Positions 10,768-17,834 of a stretch of 64,000 bases of DNA are shown piece after piece; the first letter of the stretch is position 1, and each line of letters opens with the position of its first letter. Origin of the DNA: an uncultured delta proteobacterium (GTDB lineage Bacteria; Myxococcota_A; Polyangia; Polyangiales; Polyangiaceae); NCBI GenBank assembly GCA_963696385.1, contig CAVOKF010000007.1:544001-608000 (forward strand), given 5' to 3'. Position numbers and translations under genes: made by a program. Under the pieces are notes generated by a model. It searched no databases. It was given only the letters and a program-made list of their open reading frames with translations, and was not told the DNA's origin.

Positions 10768-10956
10768 CTGGCTCCGGCGAGAGTGGACCGGCCTCGTCAT
10801 TGGCAAGTGCGCGCACGTTGAACTCGGCCTTCAAGGGGGCGCGAATGGGAATCCGAGAGCTGGCGCGCCCCAATCCATTCCGATGAACGAAAGCGCCGCG
10901 TGAGTCGGGCAGGCGAATGCCCCAGATGATGCTCCTTGGCTCGGGAGGCCGAAGAG

Positions 10957-11660
10957 TCAGTTCGTGCCGGGGCAGCAGGGGCACGAACCCGTCGCTCCGG
11001 TCATCGTGCAGGCGCACGACTCGGCTCCATTGAACGTGCACGTGCAGGTCGAGCCCGAGCAGTCCGCTTCCCAGACGTCGCCGACGCTGTCCTGACACGA
11101 TGTCGTGAACGCAACGACCCCGTTCGGCCCCCCGCCGCCGCTCCCAGAGCACGAAGACGGCCCTAGGGCGCCGGATCTCGGAATGTTGGGACACACGGTG
11201 GCGGGCACGTCGCCGCAAAGTCCACCGGTGGGCCCGCTCCCCGGGGCTGGAATTGCCCCGATTGAGCCGCTGTCAACCAGGCAGTCGCCGAATGCTTGCA
11301 CCTCGGAATCGCATTCCGGAAGTTCGACCGTGCCCGAGTCGCACGCCAGCGACGACGACTCGAGGCAGCGAAGAAACCCGTCGGCGAGCGTTGCGCACGA
11401 TGGCGTCATCGTGGCCACGGCCGCGCAATTCATCGGACAGTCGGTGCCGGCGGAGCAACCTGTTTGCGCAATTTTGCCGCAAATGGCCGAGCACGACGCA
11501 GCAACTTGGGCGGGAGAACAGTCGCCGCCGCACCTGTCGAGAGGCCCCCCCCACCGTCCGGACCCGGCAACGTCGCGCCCCCGCATCCAGCCGCAAACCC
11601 GAACGCCACCCACGAGGCGACGCCGGAAAGGATGAAAGTTTTCAAACGCTTTCCCCGCAA
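10957..11660 (-). CDS. Cys-rich lipoprotein, frameshifted at or near the G8 tract 11545-11552
   Basis: The signal peptide and lipobox (..VAFGFAAGC) are in ORF 11430..11660. The Cys-rich body (CSAICGKIAQTGC...CTCTFNG...CPCCP) is in ORF 10957..11670. One added base joins them. Confidence 0.7.
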
Positions 11661-11715
11661 GTTCGGCCACGATCGGCGCCCGCGTTCAGCTGAAGCATAC
11701 CCCGTGGCGCCGGGG

Positions 11716-11997
11716 ATGAAAACGGCGTCGAGCGACGGGCTGAGGACGTTTCAGAGGGAGGTCGAGGGCTGGCACTTCGACGTCGGTTGCCTTGCGGCCG
11801 TGGGAACGGCGAGTTTCGGTACCGGTTACTGGGGTCAGCTCGACTTGGTCGGCGAGGCCTTGCAGTGGACGCTGGATCTCTCGAACGGATCCCCGTGTCC
11901 CGAGGACGACTGCGCATTTCTTGGACTGAGTCCGGTACTGGCCATGAATGGGCGAGGCGCTTCTGGCTTTGCTGAATCGCGGGAAACCACACACTGA
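11716..11997 (+). CDS. Small hypothetical protein or gene fragment
   Basis: ATG at 11716. Protein-like composition (GWHFDVGC..GYWGQLDL..WTLDL), filling an otherwise empty gap. Confidence 0.3.
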   Translation: MKTASSDGLRTFQREVEGWHFDVGCLAAVGTASFGTGYWGQLDLVGEALQWTLDLSNGSPCPEDDCAFLGLSPVLAMNGRGASGFAESRETTH

Positions 11998-12019
11998 CGG
12001 CCCCCCGGGAACGGGATCG

Positions 12020-12796
12020 TCAAAAGGCAAGGACCGAGGCAAAGAGGAACGTGCCCGCCGTGAAGTTCCAATAGATGTACCCGTCGGCCCCCGCGATCAT
12101 GCCGGGCTGGTTTTGGTTGTCGACGATGGTCTTCAGCGACTGCGTCACGCCGCCGCCCACCAGCGTGACGCTGCGCCCGGCGGCGTTGGACGCGTTCCAG
12201 CTGCCGACGCTGCCCTTGAACTTCACACAGACGGCACCCCCGGTATTGAATTGGACCAGGCTGTAGAGGGTCGGCATCACGAGGACCGTGACGTTTGCGG
12301 CGCAACCCTTCGGAGGAGCCGAGCCCGAGTCGGCAAGTGACGCGTCGCCCGCGTCTCCTGCGGCCATCGACGCATCCAGGGTCACCTCGGCATCCACTGC
12401 GACGCTCACCTCGTCGGCCGCGTCCGCAACGGACGATGCATCGCCTCCCTGCGACGCGGAGTCGGGCGAAGGTCCCGAATCGTTGCCGCCCGCTTCTGTG
12501 TCTTGGGGAACCGCCGACACGTCCGGGGGGCCTGTCTCCACCGGTTCGGCGCCCGATTCGGCCTGGGTGCTCGCGGCGCCCTGTTCCGATGCCGCGTCCG
12601 CCCCCGGACTGGCGTCGGGCGGAACGAGGTTGGTTGCATCGACGAAACTCCCTTGCTCGTCTTGGCCGCCGTCGCCGCTCGCCCGTTCGGTCAACCGGCC
12701 GACGTCGAGGAGCGCCTCACAACCGCAGAGTCCGCGCAGAATCGCGGCAACTGCGACGAGAGCGAACGTCGCCCGCGCGCCGGTCGGTCGACCCAT
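12020..12796 (-). CDS. Lipoprotein with acidic linker and C-terminal aromatic beta-domain (putative carbohydrate-binding), paralog A
   Basis: LCGC lipobox-like motif, CEALLDVG, a D/A/G linker, and C-terminal FNTGGAVC..W..SN..GR..DGYIYWNFTAG. Confidence 0.8.
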   Translation of the reverse strand: MGRPTGARATFALVAVAAILRGLCGCEALLDVGRLTERASGDGGQDEQGSFVDATNLVPPDASPGADAASEQGAASTQAESGAEPVETGPPDVSAVPQDTEAGGNDSGPSPDSASQGGDASSVADAADEVSVAVDAEVTLDASMAAGDAGDASLADSGSAPPKGCAANVTVLVMPTLYSLVQFNTGGAVCVKFKGSVGSWNASNAAGRSVTLVGGGVTQSLKTIVDNQNQPGMIAGADGYIYWNFTAGTFLFASVLAF

Positions 12797-12969
12797 CTAC
12801 GCGCTCACCGACGCCGCGACCCCACCTGCGAGGACGGTCGCGCCCGACGCGGCCGCAAAGCCGAGATCCTTACCGGGGATGGTCATCCGTTGGGGTACCT
12901 CGCCCCAAGCCGTCGCGCAAGGGATCGGAACGCTCCGCCATTTCTGCAAAAAAACAGGCGGTCTGCGGT

Positions 12970-13542
12970 TCAGGGCGCGATCTCGGCCCCGCGGGTCTCG
13001 GCGAGGTCGACGGCGGCTAGCACTTCGTCGGCGTTCACCGCCGGATCGACGTCGGGCCAAACGCGCAGGATCTTGCCGTCCCCGCCGACCAGAAACGTCA
13101 CGCGCGAGGCCATGCCGAGTACGCTCGACACACCGTAGGCGCGCGCGACCGCGCCATCCTCGTCCGCGACAAGGATGAATGGAAGACCGTGATCCGCCCG
13201 AAACCGCCGGTGGCTTTCCTTCGAATCGCGCGACACACCAAAGACCGTGACGCGACGAGACTCGAATTGGGTGAAGGCATCTCGAAAAGCGCAGGCCTCG
13301 CGCGTGCAGCCAGGGGTCCCGTCTTTCGGGTAGAAGTAGAGAACGGCGGGACGACCGCGGGCGGCAGAAAGCGTCATAAGCGTCCCTGCGCGGGTCATCC
13401 CCATCACCTCCGGCGCCGTAGCTCCGACGGACAAAAGACCTATCCCTCCGTCGGGGCGCGTGACCGGAATGCATGCCGCAACGAGCAGACCGAGGCCTGT
13501 GCAAAGCACGGAGCGGCGGCGAATCATGGGGGTGAGATCCAT
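12970..13542 (-). CDS. bcp: Peroxiredoxin BCP/PrxQ with an N-terminal export signal
   Basis: Motifs YFYPKDGTPGCTREAC, GVSRD and RVTFLV. The N-terminus reads RRRSVL..LLVAAC. Confidence 0.85.
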   Translation of the reverse strand: MDLTPMIRRRSVLCTGLGLLVAACIPVTRPDGGIGLLSVGATAPEVMGMTRAGTLMTLSAARGRPAVLYFYPKDGTPGCTREACAFRDAFTQFESRRVTVFGVSRDSKESHRRFRADHGLPFILVADEDGAVARAYGVSSVLGMASRVTFLVGGDGKILRVWPDVDPAVNADEVLAAVDLAETRGAEIAP

Positions 13543-13773
13543 CCCGGTGACGTAGGCGTCTTGCAGGGTAGTACGGATGAGCGATGGGTCGGGAATCTGA
13601 CGCTCTCGACTCGACGCCGGACACGCGCCGCTCGCGCTTTCGGATTCTTAATAGCCCCTTCGGACGCTGAGGCATGATCGGGAGCGGCCAGAGCGGGCTC
13701 CCCAAGGGGCGCTGACTCGCCGGATCGAGAACTTTCGCCATAGTTTCGGCGCTCGCCCCTTTCCGAGGCGGCC

Positions 13774-13890
13774 GACCCCGACCCCGACTACCCCGACCCC
13801 GACCCCGACCGCGACCCCGACCGCGACCCCGACCGCGACCCCAACCGCGACCGCGACCGCGACCCCGACTACCCCGACCCCGACCCCGAC
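13774..13890 (-). repeat. G(G/C)GGTC hexamer array, copy 3 (GACCCC/GACCGC on the + strand)
   Basis: 117 bp of gacccc/gaccgc units, including two gactacccc 9-mers. Confidence 0.95.
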
Positions 13891-13965
13891 CGGATAGGCG
13901 GACAGCTCAACCGGATGCGGTTCAGGGTCTTGCACTTCCTGGCGCGAGGCGTACGGTCGAAGGGT

Positions 13966-14226
13966 ATGGAGCCGAAACGTGAAAGCGCGGTCGTGCCCAT
14001 CCCGTGCGTCGACGTCGTGCGGCACTGCGACGAGATCGTCAGCGCGGCTGCCGCCCTGGTCGTCGATTTAGAGTTCGTAGCCGAGCGAGTCGGTGGGGAA
14101 AGCACGGCCGCATTGGACGACGCACGATCGAGCGTCGATCGGATCGTCGAAATAGCTCAGGCCATCCGGCGCACGCAGCAGACCGCGCCCGCGTCGTCCA
14201 ACCTGGACGGCAAGAAAACGGCATAG
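13966..14226 (+). CDS. Small helical protein resembling a degenerate HisKA/DHp domain
   Basis: ATG at 13966. Sequence HCDEIVSAAAALVVDLEFV...ALDDARSSVDRIVEIAQAIR. Confidence 0.6.
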   Translation: MEPKRESAVVPIPCVDVVRHCDEIVSAAAALVVDLEFVAERVGGESTAALDDARSSVDRIVEIAQAIRRTQQTAPASSNLDGKKTA

Positions 14227-14293
14227 CATCGCGAATGCGTTTGTGGGCATTCACGTGGACGCCGGCTGCCCCCTGGATCGAGCTGTGCGCACT

Positions 14294-15067
14294 TCAGTCG
14301 GAGAACGCGGTCAACGAGGCGTACGAATACACGCCAGCCGTGAAGTTCCAGTAAATATACCCGTCGGTCCCCGCTTTGAGCCCGGGCTGGTTGCCGGTGG
14401 CGATGGTGTTCAACGTTTGCGTCGTGCTTCCGACGACCGTGACCTTGCGCCCGGATACGTTGGCAGCCGTCCACCCGCCGATGTCGCCCTTGTACGATAT
14501 GCAAACGGGTCCGGTCGTATCGAACATCACCGCGCGGTCGAGCTTGGACATCGTCAGGACGGTGTATCCCGCGTCGCACCCAGGTGCTGGCGCCACGATC
14601 CCGGAGTCGTCGAGAGCGTCGCCCGAGTCCATGGGGGCGTTCGACGAATCCGCAGTCAGGCCCGTGTCGGCGGCGTCGGCGATCGGGGCCGGCCCCGTAT
14701 CGGCCGGCGATGCCGAGTCCTGACCGCTCGTGGCGCCCGCATCGGTAGGCGCTGCGTCTCCGGCAGCTGCAGACCCTGTATCCGCAACGGTCTGCTCCAT
14801 ATCTGACCCGTCCTCAGCGTCAGGCTGGGCATCGTCGTCGTCCGAGGACGAGTCTTGCCCTGGATGGGCTTCACTCCCGACCTGGTTGCCCTGGTCCGTG
14901 GCGGTGCTGTCGACTTCACCTTGAACGTTGTCCGCATCGATGGCGTCGATTGGGCGATCGGTCAAGCTGCCCACGTCGAGCAGCGCTTCGCAGCTGCACA
15001 GTCCATAAAAAAGCGCGGCGCCTCCGAGGAGAGAGCAGGCTGCCTTCGCCCCCGTGGATCGGCCCAT
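14294..15067 (-). CDS. Lipoprotein with acidic linker and C-terminal aromatic beta-domain, paralog B
   Basis: LCSCEALLDVG and FDTTGPVC..GWTAAN..GR..DGYIYWNFTAG, clearly paralogous to 12020..12796. Its ATG abuts the upstream TAG. Confidence 0.8.
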   Translation of the reverse strand: MGRSTGAKAACSLLGGAALFYGLCSCEALLDVGSLTDRPIDAIDADNVQGEVDSTATDQGNQVGSEAHPGQDSSSDDDDAQPDAEDGSDMEQTVADTGSAAAGDAAPTDAGATSGQDSASPADTGPAPIADAADTGLTADSSNAPMDSGDALDDSGIVAPAPGCDAGYTVLTMSKLDRAVMFDTTGPVCISYKGDIGGWTAANVSGRKVTVVGSTTQTLNTIATGNQPGLKAGTDGYIYWNFTAGVYSYASLTAFSD

Positions 15068-16027
15068 CTAAAAGCTCGCTCTTGCCATGATCGCCCCCCC
15101 ACTAGGCACTACCACAGGCGCTACGGTGACCGTCGCCACAGCGGTCGCGCCCCGGATCGCGCTCGGCGCGAACAGCACCAGCGCCGCGCCGCCGGCCAGG
15201 AAAACGCTTCCCGCAATCCAGCCGACGTCCGACACGCGCGCCGCGCTCTTGATCCCCCCCACAGTTCCCGGATTGCACACGCCGTTCGCATCGCATTGTG
15301 CGGCGTTCTTGTCTTTCAACGCAACGATGCCGGCAGCGGCTCCCACGGCAAGGCCCACAACTCCGACGCCCCCGAGCGCCCAGCCCAGCGTCTTCCAAAG
15401 GCCGAACGGCTCGATCGCCTCTGCGCTGCCAGCCCCCGCAACGGGGAGTGCCGGGACACCGGACGCCGGGACACCGGACGCCGGGACACCGGACGCCGGG
15501 ACACCGGACGCCGGGACACCGGACGCCGGGACACCGGACGCCGGGGCAGCAGGCGCCGGGACGGCCGCCTCGAACACGACGGCCACCCCTTCGTTCTTCT
15601 CCCCTTCTTGGACCAGCACGTGTCGGTCGACGCTCGGACGGCCACTCGACTCGAAGTGAAACGTGTACGACCCGGGATTCAACGGCACCGCCTGACCGTC
15701 GAGCTTGGACGTGAGCCGCCGCCCGTCCGCGCTCACCGTCACGTCGACAAGGTCCGCCCCCGTCACATCCTCGGCCGCGAACACGAGGGTGGGGAGCGCA
15801 TTCTCGACGTCGGCGAGCCAGCGAGTACAATCGCTCTGCACGACCGCGGGACACTGAAGCGCGGCGCACGCCTGCAGCTGCTCGCGCGCCTCCACGAGCT
15901 TGTGCGTCGCGCGAAGCCTCTGGCCCTTGGAGGCCGCGTCGAGGCATGCCGCTTTGTCGTCCGCGCGTGCGGGCACCACAAAAAGCGTAGCCGGCACGAG
16001 GAGGCCCCAAAACAATCGAGCGTTCAT
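15068..16027 (-). CDS. Secreted helical (TPR-like) plus PEGA-like protein with hydrophobic C-terminus
   Basis: ATG at 16027, signal peptide ..PARA/DD, C..AAS.GQ.LR...L.EAR..L..CA...CP.VV..DC, beta domain VTVSADG...VPLNPG.Y.F, two hydrophobic segments and a terminal Phe. Confidence 0.8.
   Translation of the reverse strand: MNARLFWGLLVPATLFVVPARADDKAACLDAASKGQRLRATHKLVEAREQLQACAALQCPAVVQSDCTRWLADVENALPTLVFAAEDVTGADLVDVTVSADGRRLTSKLDGQAVPLNPGSYTFHFESSGRPSVDRHVLVQEGEKNEGVAVVFEAAVPAPAAPASGVPASGVPASGVPASGVPASGVPASGVPALPVAGAGSAEAIEPFGLWKTLGWALGGVGVVGLAVGAAAGIVALKDKNAAQCDANGVCNPGTVGGIKSAARVSDVGWIAGSVFLAGGAALVLFAPSAIRGATAVATVTVAPVVVPSGGAIMARASF
15450..15545. repeat. Intragenic 15-bp tandem repeat (6 perfect copies plus a partial) encoding (PASGV)6
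   Basis: gccgggacaccggac x6 from 15450 to 15539. Confidence 0.95.
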
Positions 16028-16040
16028 GGGCGGTTTTTGT

Positions 16041-17540
16041 TCAAAGGCACTCTGGCTTGTACTGGCGGTAACCTTCCGAGTCGATGACATACGGCGGATG
16101 GCAGTGTACCTTGGGTGGGGCCGGGGAGGGTGTCGAGGATGAGGCGGGCGGGCGGGCCTGCCGCGGCGCGGCATGAGGAGCACCTTGCGGTCGCCTCGGC
16201 GGCGCCGATCGGGCCGGCACGATCGCCGAGACCGCAGGAGGCACTGAAGGGGAGGATGCCGAGAGCGCCCCGCTTGGCTGGGGGGAGGCGGCGGCGGCCG
16301 TCTCGTCCGGGAGCGGCGCCGGCGGCGGACTGGCGGCCACCGAGTCGGTTGAAGGAATCGGTACGCTGGAGGCGGCGGCGTACGAAATATCGCGGTGCGG
16401 CTTGGCCTCGTGGGCCCGGATCCGACTGCCCACGATGGCGACCACCACGACCGCAACCGACAGTCCAGCTCCCGCGAATGCCGCGCTGCGGAACGACCCT
16501 ACCGCCGTCGCTCGTTGGGCAGGCGGAACCGTCCTCGCGGAGGCCGGTGGCGGAGCGCTATGCAACGACGGGGGCGGACCTGTCCCGTGAGCCGGTCGAT
16601 CGACCTCCGCGAGGATCCCGGCCACTCGCTCCACCGTCGCCTTGGCGTCGGGCGGGGCAAACGGCAACAAATCGCGAGCCAAAGCGGCGACACTCGGGTA
16701 CCGGTCTTCGCGGTCCTTTTGAATGCACTTGAGGATGGCGGCTTCGAGCCCGCGGGGTACGTCGGGGCGGATGCCGCGAATCGCGGGGGCCCGTTCGCCG
16801 GCAACCTGAACGGTCAACTCCGTCACCGAGTCGGCCACGAACGGCGGACGCCCGGCCATCAACTCGAAGAGGATGACGCCGAGGGCCCAGACGTCCGTCC
16901 GCGCGTCGATGTCCGCCTGTGCTCTCAGCTGCTCAGGCGACATGTAGGGCGGCGATCCGAGCAACGACGACGCGCGAGGGACACTGGACGGGGCCAACAC
17001 GCTTGCGCGGAGGGCTTTCGAGATCCCGAAATCGAGCACTTTGATCGACCGATCGCCATCGGGACGGCGGATGCAGAGAAGATTCGAGGGTTTGAGGTCC
17101 CGATGCACGATCCCGACGGAATGCGCGTCGGCGACGGCAAGGCATGCTTGAAGGATGAACTCCATCGCTAGCTCGACCGAAAGAAGCCCCCGCCGTTCGA
17201 CCCAACTCGCAAGATCTTCGCCCTCCAGATACTCCGTGACCATGTAGGGGGCGCCGTTCGGAAACGTGCCGACGTCAGTGACGCGAGCGACGTGATCGCT
17301 CGTGATCTTCATCATGGCGCGCGATTCACGAACAAAACGGGTCACGGCCTCGGAATTGCCGAGCATTTCGGGCAAAATAAACTTGAGCGCAACTTTCTCG
17401 TGAAACTGGATATGCTGGGCGACCACCACAACGACCCCGCCCATTCCGCCGATTCCGAGCACGCGCTCGACGCAGTACTTTCCCGCAAGCACGTCCCCCT
17501 CACGGACGCCCGCCGTCCAGTTGGAATCGCCCTGCGCCAC
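16041..17540 (-). CDS. Membrane-anchored Hanks-type Ser/Thr protein kinase
   Basis: LGIGGMG, VALK, HRDLKPSN, KVLDFGISK, YMSPEQ and DVWALG, followed by a TM helix, a Pro/Ala-rich stalk and terminal CHPPY...YKPECL. Confidence 0.95.
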   Translation of the reverse strand: MAQGDSNWTAGVREGDVLAGKYCVERVLGIGGMGGVVVVVAQHIQFHEKVALKFILPEMLGNSEAVTRFVRESRAMMKITSDHVARVTDVGTFPNGAPYMVTEYLEGEDLASWVERRGLLSVELAMEFILQACLAVADAHSVGIVHRDLKPSNLLCIRRPDGDRSIKVLDFGISKALRASVLAPSSVPRASSLLGSPPYMSPEQLRAQADIDARTDVWALGVILFELMAGRPPFVADSVTELTVQVAGERAPAIRGIRPDVPRGLEAAILKCIQKDREDRYPSVAALARDLLPFAPPDAKATVERVAGILAEVDRPAHGTGPPPSLHSAPPPASARTVPPAQRATAVGSFRSAAFAGAGLSVAVVVVAIVGSRIRAHEAKPHRDISYAAASSVPIPSTDSVAASPPPAPLPDETAAAASPQPSGALSASSPSVPPAVSAIVPARSAPPRRPQGAPHAAPRQARPPASSSTPSPAPPKVHCHPPYVIDSEGYRQYKPECL

Positions 17541-17834
17541 GGTTTGCCTCTCTTTACTTGGGTCAGGGCCGAGAGCCCAGGGGCGTCTTGCAAACGCTCC
17601 GCTGAGCGGTGCTCGTTTGGACCCGAGTGAGTCGAATCATCCGACGAGACCGGCCTTCGAGCGGACGAGGCGTGCCCCGCCGCGGTCGCCATATGCTTTC
17701 ATGACCTCCGCCACCCCTCCCGGTCGAGGACCGCGCTCCTTCCCCAGGGCGAGAGTTCCCGCGAGGCGGTGGCGCCTTATTTTTTCACGGCGTCGGCACT
17801 TACTGATCGAACGAGACGCATTGAGCCAACGAGC

